A stretch of 63,613 nucleotides of DNA, taken from assembly GCA_031458695.1 (NCBI GenBank), contig JAVKJW010000013.1, forward strand, positions 1 through 63,613, read 5' to 3'. A model generated the notes under the pieces. The model saw nothing but the letters and a program-made list of their open reading frames with translations. It was not told the origin of the DNA and did no database searches. This document shows positions 21,633-31,781 of this stretch, piece by piece. A program made the translations under genes and the position numbers. This stretch comes from Candidatus Thermofontivivens primus (GTDB lineage: Bacteria > Sysuimicrobiota > Sysuimicrobiia > Sysuimicrobiales > Thermofontiviventaceae). Each line of letters opens with the position of its first letter. Position 1 is the first letter of the stretch.

Positions 21633-22409
21633 TCAGGAAACCACCTTCCCTTCATCCGCGTTCGACCCTGCTGCCTGCAGGGAGGCCCGCCGGGAGACCA
21701 GGAGGAGAGCCGCGAGGGCGAACAGCGCGACGACCACGTTGACAAGTTGGGCAAGGGTTGCTGGCCCCAGGACCGCTTTGCTGTCCACAAACACCTCCAC
21801 AACAACTCGGGCGAGGGCTAGGAGGAAGAGGAAGGTAAGGAACATGCTTCCAGGAGGATGCTCCCGCCGGGCTTGGGACCGGAGGACAAAGAAAATTCCC
21901 AACGCTGCAAGGAGAAGGTAAATCTGGGTGGGGTGACGCTTCTCGAACAGCACCTCCACCGCCCAGGGGACCCCGGTTGGCTTCCCTAGGTAGAGCCCGT
22001 GCAGCAATGCGCCGATCATCGCCACGGCGTAGCCCACGGAGAGGGGCTGGGCCAGCAGGTCCGCAAGCGCCCAGAATCGAATCCCACGCCGCCTCGCGTA
22101 GAGAGAGGCAACGACCGCACCTCCGGCGAGGGCACCGTAAAAGGTGAGCCCAGCATCCCGCCAGATCGCCAGGATAGAGAGAGGGTTCTGTAGGAAGCTC
22201 CCCGGTGCGCTGAGAACATAGCCGATCCGTCCCCCCACGATCCCGGCGATGATCATATAGAGGCTGAGGTCCACCATCTCATTGGGTTCGATCCCCAGGA
22301 CCTGCGCCCGGCGCCGGCTCAGCGCGATCCCCACGAGAAACGCCAGGAGAAGAAAGATCCCGAAGGAGGAAATGGGAAAAGGTCCAAGGCGGAACAGAAC
22401 TGGCTTCAC
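21633..22409 (-). CDS. lgt: Prolipoprotein diacylglyceryl transferase (Lgt)-like protein with divergent catalytic motifs
   Basis: IVGGRIGYV, GLTFYGAL, GKPTGVPWAV, HPTQIY; adjacent to lspA. Confidence 0.75.
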   Translation of the reverse strand: MKPVLFRLGPFPISSFGIFLLLAFLVGIALSRRRAQVLGIEPNEMVDLSLYMIIAGIVGGRIGYVLSAPGSFLQNPLSILAIWRDAGLTFYGALAGGAVVASLYARRRGIRFWALADLLAQPLSVGYAVAMIGALLHGLYLGKPTGVPWAVEVLFEKRHPTQIYLLLAALGIFFVLRSQARREHPPGSMFLTFLFLLALARVVVEVFVDSKAVLGPATLAQLVNVVVALFALAALLLVSRRASLQAAGSNADEGKVVS

Positions 22410-22858
22410 GCGGCACCTCCCTGTTTCTGCGAGTACCCAATCCTAACAAGCAGGAGCACCATCCCCAGGGTTACGGCGACATCTGCGAGGTTGAACACGG
22501 GCCAGAACCGGAGATCGAGATAGTCGACCACGTGGCCCACCCGGAGACGATCGAGAAGGTTCCCCAGGGCACCCCCCAGGATCAACGAGAAGGCGATACC
22601 CATCCTCCCACCGCGCCAACGGTAGCTATTCGAGAGGAACGCCAGGAGGGTGGTCAGGGTGAGCAGGACGGCAACAACAGGAGGGACATCCCTGAACAAG
22701 CCGAAGGCGAGGCCCGGATTGACGACGTGTGTAAAGGAGAGGATCCCCGGGACCACCGGGATGGAATAGCCCACCGGAATTACCCGCTCCACCACGGCTT
22801 TCAGCGCCTGGTCAACGAGGACAAGGCACACAGCCAGGAGCAGCGCTCGATCCTTCAC
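22406..22858 (-). CDS. lspA: Signal peptidase II
   Basis: DQALK, NPGLAFG, GGALGNLLDR, VVDY, FNLAD; GTG overlaps upstream stop. Confidence 0.93.
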   Translation of the reverse strand: MKDRALLLAVCLVLVDQALKAVVERVIPVGYSIPVVPGILSFTHVVNPGLAFGLFRDVPPVVAVLLTLTTLLAFLSNSYRWRGGRMGIAFSLILGGALGNLLDRLRVGHVVDYLDLRFWPVFNLADVAVTLGMVLLLVRIGYSQKQGGAA

Positions 22859-23316
22859 ATCCCTCGTCTCTTTTCCTCTAGAGCCTTGCAGGAGATACAC
22901 AGCTTTGCCCAAGGAAGGGCCTCCAGGCGCTCGAGGCTAATAGGCTGCCCGCACCGTTCGCAGATTCCATAGGTTCCTTCCTCGATCTTTTTCAGGGCAG
23001 CCTCGACCTGAGCAAGCATATCCTGGATGCTCGACTCTAGCACCAAACCCTTCTCCCGCTCGAAGGTATCTACAGCGAAATCCGCAAGATCCTCGTCGTA
23101 TCCCTCGAAGTTCATGCCGGAGATCTCCTCCCGGGCTCCCTCCACAATCTCCTCCACCCCTTCCAGTTCCAGGAGAAGCCTCCGTTGCTCCTCTTCCAGA
23201 AGACGCTTGAAGCGTGCCAGATCACGTTTGGCGAGCCCCTTCACTTTGCTTGGAGAAGGCTCCCTGGGTTTCGCGGGGATTTCCTTCGTTACCTTTCCCT
23301 TCCGTGTTGCACTCAT
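22855..23316 (-). CDS. TraR/DksA C4 zinc-finger protein (YlyA/YteA-like)
   Basis: DLADFAVDTFERE, YGICERCGQPISLERLEALPWAKLCISC; ileS-ylyA-lspA synteny. Confidence 0.88.
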   Translation of the reverse strand: MSATRKGKVTKEIPAKPREPSPSKVKGLAKRDLARFKRLLEEEQRRLLLELEGVEEIVEGAREEISGMNFEGYDEDLADFAVDTFEREKGLVLESSIQDMLAQVEAALKKIEEGTYGICERCGQPISLERLEALPWAKLCISCKALEEKRRGM

Positions 23317-23451
23317 ACGATTCCCCCCGGCACAATGGTCTCCCTGCACTCCTCCGCCCTCCTGATCCCTTCTTCTCTCACCCCCGACTCCCTCCCTCTG
23401 TCCCGCCAATCGCCTATTGCCCCTTGGCGAGACTCTTCCCAGAACCGGGCT

Positions 23452-23474
23452 CCCCAGCGAAATTTTTGCTGGGG
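23452..23474. repeat. Dispersed palindromic repeat, compact copy CCCCAGCGAAATTTTTGCTGGGG
   Basis: Perfect 7-bp arms; same arms as the copies at 1612 and 47267. Confidence 0.55.
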
Positions 23475-23513
23475 CACCTTCCCTAGAGTGTCCTCTGAAG
23501 CCATGCGCTAAGC

Positions 23514-23541
23514 TATTCGGAGTTTAGGGGGAAATTCCTCC
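23514..23541 (-). promoter_or_regulatory. SigH-like promoter motif GGAGGAA-N14-CCGAATA upstream of the dksA/traR gene
   Basis: Exact match of both halves and spacing with 2997-3024. Confidence 0.5.
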
Positions 23542-23651
23542 TACCTTGCCAGAATTATTTTAGGTCATCCCGCCAGGGCTTTGAACGGATTTCGATAGGG
23601 ACCCCGCCAAGAGGGTGTGTTCCCTGGGCATGTTCAAAAACCCTTTGCTCC

Positions 23652-26600
23652 TCACGTGATCCGGGCGACCCCTACCAGGACCTCATACCCGTCAACGTCC
23701 AGGCGCTTGGTCACTTCTGCACCCTCGACGCCCTCCCGGATCTCCACGGCAAGAGTCTCCTGGGCGATATACCCGAAGTGTTTCCGGATCACCTCGTCCA
23801 CCCGCCCGTCCCCCTGATAGAAGAGGCGGATCCTATCAGCTACCTCAAACCCCGCCTCCTTCCGGAGCTGCTGGATTTGGTGGACCAACTCCCGTGCCAT
23901 CCCCTCTTCGATAAGATCGGGGGTGAGCTGGGTCTGAAGGACGACCACATCGCCTCCCTCGCTCTCGGCAACGTACCCCTCCCGTCCCTCGATGCGCACC
24001 TCCACCTCGTCTGGAAAGAGAGTGACGGGGCCTTCCCGGGTCTCCAGGATGACCCGGCCCTCATGGGTAAGGGCGTGGGTGACGGCCAAAGGATCCGTAG
24101 CGCGAAGGGCCGCAATGACCTCAGGCAACCTGCCAGCATATTTTGGCCCCAGGATATCAAAGCGGGGCCGGATCTCGTACCTGACAAAGGGAGTCAGGTC
24201 TTCGACAATCTTTACCTCTTTGACGTTCAGCTCGTCACTGATCAGGGCCAAAAGCTCCGGTTCCTGAAGAAGCCTGGCGTCCTTCGTGAGCACAACCGCT
24301 CGTTGCAGGGGCTGGCGGACCTTCAGTCCAGCCCTGTTCCGGGCAGCCCGCCCGAGGCTGACGAGGTGCCGGGTGGATTCCATGACTTCCAGGAGGTCCC
24401 GGTTGATCATCGTGGGATCTGCCTTGGGGAAATCAGTCAGGTGCACGCTCTCCGGGCTCAGCGGATCCACGGAGCGAACCAGGTTCTGGTAAAGTGCCTC
24501 GGAGGTAAAGGGGATGAAAGGCGCAAGAAGCTTGGCGAGCGTAACCAACGCTTCGTACAAGGTATAATAGGCTGCGAGCTTGTCCTGGTCGTTCTCGCTC
24601 TTCCAGTACCGCCTCCTTCCCCTGCGTACATACCAGTTGGAGAGGTCGTCCACGAACCGCTCAATAGCTCGGCCCGCGCTGGTCACATCATAACGGTCCA
24701 TGTCCTCGGTGACCTCCTGGACAAGGAGGTGGAGGCGGGAGAGGAGCCAGCGGTCCAAGAGGGGCCGTTTTGCAACAGGAGGCGCATCGCCCGTCGGGAC
24801 GAAACCGTCCACTACGGCATAGGTGACGAAGAAGACATACACGTTCCAGAGAGTGAGCAGGAAGCGCCGAAGAACGTCGGTTACTGCCTCTGGGCTAAGG
24901 CGCTTGGGTATCCCGGGTGGGCTTGCGGTGAAGAAGTACCACCGTAGGGCATCTGCTCCCTGGACGTTCAAGATCGACCATGGGTCTATCACGTTGCCTT
25001 TGCTCTTGCTCATCTTCTGCCCCTGCGCGTCCAGGACAAGCTCCAGGCTAATACAGTTGCGGTAGCATGTCTGGTCGAAGAGAAGCACACTGATCGCCAG
25101 CAAACTATAGAACCACCCGCGGGTCTGATCGATCCCCTCGCAGATGTAATCGGCAGGGAAGGTCTTCTGGAACTCTTCTACGTTCTCGAAGGGGTAGTGC
25201 CATTGGGCGACGGGCATCGCGCCAGAGTCGAACCAGACATCAATCACTTCAGGGACCCTGCGCATCTCCCCTCCGCACCGGGGGCAACGGAGGACCACTT
25301 CGTCGACGTAGGGACGGTGGAGCTCGAAGTGCTCAGGCATCCGGATGGCCATCTCCTTGAGCTCCCGGATGGAACCCACACAGTGGCGATGGCCGCAGGA
25401 AGCGCAGATCCAGATCGGGAGAGGAGTGCCCCAGTAGCGATCCCGGCTGAGAGCCCAGTCCACTACGTTCCTCAGCCACTCGCCGAACCGCCCCTCTTTG
25501 ATGTGCTCAGGGATCCAGTTGATGGTCTCGTTGGCGGCGAGCAACCGGTCCTTCACCTTTGTCATGGCAATGAACCAGGTGGATTTGGCATAGTACAATA
25601 ACGGGGTATCGCACCGCCAGCAGAAGGGGTAAGTGTGCTCATAGGTTTCCGCGCGATAGAGCAAGCCTCTCCTTCGCAGATCCTCGATGATCTTGGGATC
25701 CGCATCCTTCACAAAGAGCCCCTTCCAGGGAGGGACCTCCTCGGAGAACCGGCCTGCAGGGTCTACTGGATGGAAGAATGGGAGGTCGTACCGACGTCCC
25801 ATCTCCATATCTTCCGCCCCGTAAGCTGGGGCGAGGTGAACAATCCCCGTCCCTTCCGTGGTTGTCACGAAGTCCGCTGGAAGGACGTACCACCCCTTCT
25901 TGTCTGGCTGGAAGAACGTGAAGAGTGGCTCGTACTCCCATCCCACGAGGTCCTGTCCTTTGCGCTCCTCCAAGATGTGGAACGGGCCTGTGAGAGCTTC
26001 TCCCAGAAGGTCCTTGGCCAGGATGAGCTTCTCCTCTCCTTGCTGGACGAGGGCATAGGTCACGTCAGGATGAACGGCCAAGGCCACGTTGCTGGGAAGC
26101 GTCCAGGGGGTTGTCGTCCACACGAGAAAAGAGGTATCCGGTTGCCCCTTCACTCGCATGCGCACATACACCGAGGGATCTTTGACGGTCTGATAGCCCA
26201 GCGCGACCTCATGGCTCGAAAGCGGTGTCTCACACCGGGGGCAGTAGGGGACAACCTTGTAATCCTGGTAGATCAGCCCCTTCTCCCAAATCTGGCGCAG
26301 GATCCACCAGACCGACTCGATGTACTCATCCTTGAAGGTGATGTAGGGATTGTCCAGGTCCAACCAGAAGGCGATGCGCTCGGTGAGCCGGCGCCACTCC
26401 GCCTCGTACCGGAAAACGGACTCCCGGCAACGCTCGTTGAACCGCTCCACCCCATATTCCTCGATCTGCCGCTTGCTGGAAAGACCCAGCTCTTTCTCCA
26501 CTTCCAGCTCTACAGGGAGGCCATGAGTATCCCAACCGGCCTTCCGGGGGACATAGTACCCTTGCATGGTCTTGTAGCGCGGGATCACGTCCTTGTATGA

Positions 26601-26786
26601 CCGCGCCAGAACGTGGCCGATGTGGGGAAGTCCGTTCGCCGTCGGTGGCCCTTCGTAGAAGACAAAGGAAGGGCTCCCCTCGCGCATGGCCAAGCTTTTC
26701 TCGAAGATCCTGTTGGCCTTCCAGAACTGGAGGATCTCCTCTTCGAGACTGGGGAAGTTCACAGTTCCTGAAACCTTCTTAAACAT
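23652..26786 (-). CDS. ileS: Isoleucyl-tRNA synthetase, type 2
   Basis: FYEGPPTANGLPHIGH, GWDTHGLPVE, KMSKSKGN, long type-2 C-terminus. Confidence 0.96.
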   Translation of the reverse strand: MFKKVSGTVNFPSLEEEILQFWKANRIFEKSLAMREGSPSFVFYEGPPTANGLPHIGHVLARSYKDVIPRYKTMQGYYVPRKAGWDTHGLPVELEVEKELGLSSKRQIEEYGVERFNERCRESVFRYEAEWRRLTERIAFWLDLDNPYITFKDEYIESVWWILRQIWEKGLIYQDYKVVPYCPRCETPLSSHEVALGYQTVKDPSVYVRMRVKGQPDTSFLVWTTTPWTLPSNVALAVHPDVTYALVQQGEEKLILAKDLLGEALTGPFHILEERKGQDLVGWEYEPLFTFFQPDKKGWYVLPADFVTTTEGTGIVHLAPAYGAEDMEMGRRYDLPFFHPVDPAGRFSEEVPPWKGLFVKDADPKIIEDLRRRGLLYRAETYEHTYPFCWRCDTPLLYYAKSTWFIAMTKVKDRLLAANETINWIPEHIKEGRFGEWLRNVVDWALSRDRYWGTPLPIWICASCGHRHCVGSIRELKEMAIRMPEHFELHRPYVDEVVLRCPRCGGEMRRVPEVIDVWFDSGAMPVAQWHYPFENVEEFQKTFPADYICEGIDQTRGWFYSLLAISVLLFDQTCYRNCISLELVLDAQGQKMSKSKGNVIDPWSILNVQGADALRWYFFTASPPGIPKRLSPEAVTDVLRRFLLTLWNVYVFFVTYAVVDGFVPTGDAPPVAKRPLLDRWLLSRLHLLVQEVTEDMDRYDVTSAGRAIERFVDDLSNWYVRRGRRRYWKSENDQDKLAAYYTLYEALVTLAKLLAPFIPFTSEALYQNLVRSVDPLSPESVHLTDFPKADPTMINRDLLEVMESTRHLVSLGRAARNRAGLKVRQPLQRAVVLTKDARLLQEPELLALISDELNVKEVKIVEDLTPFVRYEIRPRFDILGPKYAGRLPEVIAALRATDPLAVTHALTHEGRVILETREGPVTLFPDEVEVRIEGREGYVAESEGGDVVVLQTQLTPDLIEEGMARELVHQIQQLRKEAGFEVADRIRLFYQGDGRVDEVIRKHFGYIAQETLAVEIREGVEGAEVTKRLDVDGYEVLVGVARIT

Positions 26787-26815
26787 CGTACCCACTCCCT
26801 CAGATTCCCATCAAT

Positions 26816-26849
26816 CAAAAACCCTCTCGCCTCAAGGGGCGAGAGGGTT
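26816..26849 (-). terminator. T-box intrinsic terminator
   Basis: AACCCTCTCGCC-CCTTGA-GGCGAGAGGGTT followed by a T run. Confidence 0.85.
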
Positions 26850-27153
26850 ACCTCCCGCGGTACCACCCACTTTCCGGGTGTAAGGAACCCGGCACTCCTT
26901 CCAGGGACGGGACAGTCACCCTCCAGGCGACATCTCACCCAGAGGTTTTGCGAGGACACTCACTGTCCGATCCCCTCCCCCTTTTCACGGTGGGGGTTCC
27001 GGCAGGGCCTACTTAGGATCCTCCGCTACAGACAAGGAATACCCTTTCGGCCTGCAGCTCAGGGGGGATCTTCAGCCGCGCTATCCACCGGGCTTACACC
27101 CCTCCCGGCTCGCTGAGGGAGTCACGACGGCCTACTCGTCCCCTTCATCGCTT
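26816..27153 (-). ncRNA. Ile T-box riboswitch (transcription antitermination)
   Basis: GA motif, AGTA, AGCGA and GGTGTAA loops of stem I; specifier AUC at 27067-27069; T-box GGGTGGTACCGCG at 26856-26868; terminator. Confidence 0.93.
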
Positions 27154-27167
27154 TCTTCTTGGTAGGG

Positions 27168-27197
27168 ATTGTAACACGGCTGTTTGAACCCCGTCAA
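27168..27197 (-). promoter_or_regulatory. Sigma-70 promoter of the ileS leader
   Basis: TTGACG-N18-TACAAT with extended TG. Confidence 0.7.
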
Positions 27198-27326
27198 GGC
27201 GAGGGCATGGATCTCCACCGGATCATACAACCTAAGGGTGGTGAGCCTATCACGAGGACGAGCGTAGTTCAACGCTTCCCTTTCATCGAAGTCTTCCCAT
27301 GCGCTCGCTCATGTGCTCTCTGAAGG

Positions 27327-27671
27327 CTAGTGGGGGATCACGCAGATGAAGCGCAACACACCCTTCCCGGTATTCCGCATCCGGTGAGGGTGATTAGGAG
27401 GGACATAGAGGACGGTACCAGGACCGATAGGTTGTTCAGAGTCAGCATCCCCGGCCATCCCTTCCCCCTCCAGGACGTACATCTCCTGCTCGTACCAGTG
27501 CTGGTGGAGGGGAATCTCCCCGCCTGGATCGACCTCGAAAACCCGCATCGCATACCGGGGCGCACCGCTCGCCTTGCTGATTACCCATCTCAGCCTTACC
27601 CCTCGCCCCATGGGGGATTCCTCGAATGGCACTGTAGACTCGTGGAAAATCTGAATCCCTCCCGTCATCAC
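27327..27671 (-). CDS. Cupin domain protein
   Basis: PGGEIPLHQHWYEQEMYVLEG...VPPNHPHRMRN. Confidence 0.88.
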   Translation of the reverse strand: MMTGGIQIFHESTVPFEESPMGRGVRLRWVISKASGAPRYAMRVFEVDPGGEIPLHQHWYEQEMYVLEGEGMAGDADSEQPIGPGTVLYVPPNHPHRMRNTGKGVLRFICVIPH

Positions 27672-27744
27672 CAGATCCCTCCCTTACGAGTACCCTGGCG
27701 GAATCCCAGGGCTCCTTCACTAGCTGCTTTCGGCCTGCTCTCCT

Positions 27745-28527
27745 TCATTCCTGCCTCGCAAACATCCAGACGGCTGGGAAGAGGAAGAGGAGCCAGTATG
27801 CCAGGAGCAGGACCAAGTTGATTTCCAGCGGATAAAGGGTGAGCAGGCGAAGGATGAGCTCAGGGACCGTGCCCCGCAAGATCACCTGTCGGAACGCATC
27901 CACCCCGTAAGTAACCGGATCGACCTTGGCCAGCCATTCCATCCAAAGGGGGACGCCTCGAAGAGGGAAGAAGGCACCACTGAGGAAGAACATGGGCATG
28001 AGGAGGAAGTTCATCATCATGTGGAAGCCTTCCATAGAACGCATCCGCGCGGCGATGAGGATCCCAAACGAGGTCATCGTGGCAGCCAGAAGGAGCATCA
28101 TGGCCACCAGAGTGATCCACTGGATGGGTGCGAGGCGAACCTGGACGAGCGGCGCGAGCACGAGGAGCAGGATTCCCTGGAACATCGCCGTCGTGCTCCC
28201 TCCGGCGACCTTTCCCAGCGCCACTGCTGTCCGGGGGACGGGTGCTACCAGGACTTCCTTGAGGAACCCGAACTCCCGGTCCCAAACAATGGAGACTGCC
28301 GAGAAAACCGCCGTGAACAGCACAGCCATGCTGACGATCCCAGGGAACAGGAAGGACCGGAAGTCTACGTTCCCCATCCCGGCCGTCATCGCCGGGGCCA
28401 ACCCATTCCCGAAGATCACGAGGAAGAAGAGCGGCTGTCCAAGGGAGCTAACAATGCGCGTGCGGTCCCTCAAGAAGCGCAGGACATCTCGATACCAGAT
28501 TGTGTACACCACCTTGAGCCAAGACAT
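27745..28527 (-). CDS. ABC-2 exporter permease (DrrB-like)
   Basis: DREFGFLKEVLVAP, FFLSGAFFP, DPVTYGVD. Confidence 0.9.
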   Translation of the reverse strand: MSWLKVVYTIWYRDVLRFLRDRTRIVSSLGQPLFFLVIFGNGLAPAMTAGMGNVDFRSFLFPGIVSMAVLFTAVFSAVSIVWDREFGFLKEVLVAPVPRTAVALGKVAGGSTTAMFQGILLLVLAPLVQVRLAPIQWITLVAMMLLLAATMTSFGILIAARMRSMEGFHMMMNFLLMPMFFLSGAFFPLRGVPLWMEWLAKVDPVTYGVDAFRQVILRGTVPELILRLLTLYPLEINLVLLLAYWLLFLFPAVWMFARQE

Positions 28528-28531
28528 CTCC

Positions 28532-29530
28532 CTACCTCCGGGAACCTCTCCAGAGCCTGCTGCTCAAGCGCATCCGGTCAATCGGTGAAGCCTCCTCGTC
28601 CCGCAATGCACGCCCTGTGAGCTTAATGAACACGTCATCGAGGCTGGGCCTGCGCAGGTTCACACTGTAGACGGTCAGAGCCGAGTCTTGCCCGTTCTGG
28701 AAGAGATTGACCACCGTGGGGATAAGCTGGTCGGCCCTCTTGGCTTCGATCAGCAACCCTTCCCCCGTGAGACGTGCCTCCAGGTGTAGCATCTCTTTTA
28801 ACCGCTGCGCGGCGATCCTGTCGTCGCTTGTCCGGATCAACAGCACGTCCCCTCCGATGGTTGCTTTCAGGTTTTCCGGGGTGTCCAGGGCCACAATCCG
28901 GCCGTGGTCAATGATGGCGATCCGGTCGGCGTTCTCTGCCTCGTCCATGTAGTGCGTAGTGAAAAAGATGGTGCTCCCCTCTTTATCCCGCAGGCTGATG
29001 ATGTGTTCCCAGATGTGCCGACGCGTCTGCGGATCCAATCCCAACGTTGGCTCATCGAGGAAAAGCACTTTAGGGCGGTGAAGGAGCCCACGAGCGATCT
29101 CTAGCCTGCGCTTCATCCCGCCGGAGAAGGTACGAACCTCCCGGTGGGCATGCTCCATAAGCTCCACGAGGTCCAGAAGGTATCGGGCGCGCCGATGGAA
29201 CTCCCCGCGGGGGAGGTCGTACAGCATGGCGTGAAACCACAAGTTCTGCCATGCTGTCAGCCGGTCATCTAGACTTGGATCTTGGAAGACAAGCCCGATG
29301 TTGCGGCGAACGGCATGCGGCGCACGGCGCACATCGTAGCCTCCAACGCGTGCGGTTCCTGAGGTCGGTCGGAGCAGGGTGCACAGCATGTTGATGGTAG
29401 TGGTTTTCCCCGCGCCGTTGGGACCAAGGAACGCGAAGATCTCCCCCTCCGCGACAGTGAAGGAGACGTCCTGGACGGCGGTGAAATCTCCGAACCGTCG
29501 TGTGAGGTTTTCTGCCTCAATCGCGTTCAT
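28532..29530 (-). CDS. ABC exporter ATP-binding protein (DrrA-like)
   Basis: GPNGAGKTT, FSGGM, LDEPT, TTHYMDEA. Confidence 0.93.
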   Translation of the reverse strand: MNAIEAENLTRRFGDFTAVQDVSFTVAEGEIFAFLGPNGAGKTTTINMLCTLLRPTSGTARVGGYDVRRAPHAVRRNIGLVFQDPSLDDRLTAWQNLWFHAMLYDLPRGEFHRRARYLLDLVELMEHAHREVRTFSGGMKRRLEIARGLLHRPKVLFLDEPTLGLDPQTRRHIWEHIISLRDKEGSTIFFTTHYMDEAENADRIAIIDHGRIVALDTPENLKATIGGDVLLIRTSDDRIAAQRLKEMLHLEARLTGEGLLIEAKRADQLIPTVVNLFQNGQDSALTVYSVNLRRPSLDDVFIKLTGRALRDEEASPIDRMRLSSRLWRGSRR

Positions 29531-29966
29531 CCTTCGCCCCCCTTGGTTCGGACATCTTGTACAGGAGTGGCAGGACTTCCTGTAGTTTCTTGCGTTCCCC
29601 TGGGGTCAAGCGCGCCAGGAGGCGTCCTGCTCCCATCACAGCGTGCGCCTGGAGGCGTCGGTATTCCGCCCTCCCTTTCGCTGTCAGGCGGATCCAGACC
29701 CGCCTGCGATCGGACCTGTCCCGCTCGCAGACCACGAGCTTCCGCTCCTCGAGCACGCGCACCGCCCGTGAGATGGTGGGCGCGGAGACGCGCTGCGCGT
29801 TTGCAAGGTCCTTCAGGGTCCACGGATGTTTGGCTAGCATGCCAATGAGACGGTAATAGGGGAAGGGGAAACCCTCGGCCATGTCTGCGCGGACCTCGAC
29901 CCACAAGTTGCGCAGGAACAAGTGGGTCGCCTCAATCAACTGTTGGGCCAGCCGCTCCCGGTCCAT
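29517..29966 (-). CDS. MarR family regulator
   Basis: wHTH SAPTISRAVRVLE, DRSDRRRVWIRLTAKG. Confidence 0.9.
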   Translation of the reverse strand: MDRERLAQQLIEATHLFLRNLWVEVRADMAEGFPFPYYRLIGMLAKHPWTLKDLANAQRVSAPTISRAVRVLEERKLVVCERDRSDRRRVWIRLTAKGRAEYRRLQAHAVMGAGRLLARLTPGERKKLQEVLPLLYKMSEPRGAKDERD

Positions 29967-29969
29967 CTG

Positions 29970-30025
29970 TTAACTTAGCTAATCTTTAGCTGATGAAATT
30001 TTACCACGTGGAGGGAACTTGTCAA
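29970..30025 (-). promoter_or_regulatory. marR promoter and probable operator
   Basis: TTGACA (30020-30025)-N16-TAAAAT (29998-30003); AT-rich TTAGCTAA palindrome and TTAGCT repeats at 29975-29991. Confidence 0.6.
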
Positions 30026-30045
30026 GGATAGCCTATTGAAGCCCC

Positions 30046-31749
30046 CTAGCCCATCCCGTAGGCGTTGTGCATGTACTGGCGGAGCATGCGTTGGGCGTTG
30101 AAGAACGAACCGTTCAGAGCGATGGCGGAGCGCATCACCCGCAGATACTCCTCTGGACGATGGTAGAACATCGGGAGGATCACCCGCTCGAGTTTTTCGT
30201 ACAAGGAGGCAACCTCCTTGGAAGGATCACTTTCTAGCTCCCAGCTCTCTCCAATGGACCATCCCGTGACCCCTTCCACATGACCCTCGATCCACCAGCC
30301 GTCTAGCACGCTCAAGCTTGGTACTCCATTCAGCGCCGCTTTCATCCCACTTGTCCCAGAGGCCTCATGGGGCTTTTGGGGCGTGTTCAACCATAGGTCT
30401 ACCCCCGCGACCAGATAGCGGGCAAGTTCCATGTCGTACTCCTCCAGATAGATCACCTTCATGGTGTCCGCCAAGGCCGACGCCGCTTCGAAAACCCGCC
30501 GGATCAGGATCTTCCCACTTTCGTCGCGAGGATGCGCTTTCCCGGCGTAGAGCACCTGCATGGGCCCGGCGGTCCGGACGATCTCCCGCAGCCGGCTCAG
30601 ATCAGAGAAGAGGAGATCTGCACGTTTATACGCGGTGGCGCGACGGGCGAACCCAATGGTCATCACTGCAGGATCTAGCCGCACCCCGGTGCGTCGCTCC
30701 ACTTCTGTGAGGAGGTTCTTTTTCGCCTCCTCGTGGGCTTGTCGGATCTCCTCGAGGGGAATGCCGACCGCATAGCGCAGGTACAGGTTGTCCCATCGCC
30801 ACTCAGGGATGTGACGGTCGTAAAGGCTGGCGAACGGAGGGGACGTCCAGGTGACAGCGTGGACCCCGTTGGTGATGGAATTCACCGGGTAGTGTGGGAA
30901 CATGTTTTGAGAGATCTCCCCGTGACGCATAGCAACCCCGTTGATGTAATGGGAGAAGACCAGCCCCAGGTAGGTCATGTTGAGCTCCCCATCAAGGCAG
31001 CAGCCGTTCTCTTCCAGGAAAGAAGCACGCTCCTCTCCGAGTACCTGGCGCACCAAGTCGAGAGGAAACTTGTCATGCCCTGCTGGGACGGGCGTATGCG
31101 TGGTGAAGACGCACTGTCGCCTGATGGCCTCCTTCTCAGCTCCGGAGATAGCGCGGAGACCGCGTCCTCCTGCGAGTTCCTCCAGCAGGGCAAGGGTGAG
31201 AAAGGAAGCGTGCCCTTCGTTCATATGGTAGCACCGCACCGATTCGTAGCCGAGCGCGCGCAAAAGGGCAACGCCACCGAATCCCAACACGACCTCCTGT
31301 GCCAGCCGATAGCGTTCATCCCCTCCATAGAGAGAATCGGTGAGGGTCTGGTCCCAAGGGGCATTCTCGGGGAGAAGCGTATCCAGGAAGTATACTGGAA
31401 CCGCATGGCCAGAAAGGCCATGGATCGTATATTGCCAGCCGTGCACATGCACCCGCCGCCCTTCCACGGTCACTGTAACGTGGGCAGGCACAGGCGTCAG
31501 CACGTCCTCTGGGGTCCAAATGGCAGGAGACTCGCTTTGATTCCCGTAGGCGTCCAGATGCTGGCGGAAATACCCCTTGCGGTGGAGAAGGGTCACACCT
31601 ACCATCGGCACCCCGAGGTCGGCTGCCGCTCGCAACGTATCGCCAGCCAGAACTCCCAGGCCGCCGCTATACGTGGGCATGGAAGGCTCGAGGCCGACCT
31701 CCATGGAAAAGTAGGCGATCACAGGTTCAGTTGCCAAGATCCTGGACAT
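30046..31749 (-). CDS. glgP: Alpha-glucan (glycogen/maltodextrin) phosphorylase
   Basis: [39 protein letters not shown] site. Confidence 0.93.
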   Translation of the reverse strand: MSRILATEPVIAYFSMEVGLEPSMPTYSGGLGVLAGDTLRAAADLGVPMVGVTLLHRKGYFRQHLDAYGNQSESPAIWTPEDVLTPVPAHVTVTVEGRRVHVHGWQYTIHGLSGHAVPVYFLDTLLPENAPWDQTLTDSLYGGDERYRLAQEVVLGFGGVALLRALGYESVRCYHMNEGHASFLTLALLEELAGGRGLRAISGAEKEAIRRQCVFTTHTPVPAGHDKFPLDLVRQVLGEERASFLEENGCCLDGELNMTYLGLVFSHYINGVAMRHGEISQNMFPHYPVNSITNGVHAVTWTSPPFASLYDRHIPEWRWDNLYLRYAVGIPLEEIRQAHEEAKKNLLTEVERRTGVRLDPAVMTIGFARRATAYKRADLLFSDLSRLREIVRTAGPMQVLYAGKAHPRDESGKILIRRVFEAASALADTMKVIYLEEYDMELARYLVAGVDLWLNTPQKPHEASGTSGMKAALNGVPSLSVLDGWWIEGHVEGVTGWSIGESWELESDPSKEVASLYEKLERVILPMFYHRPEEYLRVMRSAIALNGSFFNAQRMLRQYMHNAYGMG

Positions 31750-31781
31750 GTCTCAGCCTCCGGAACATTCACGAAGCCTTC

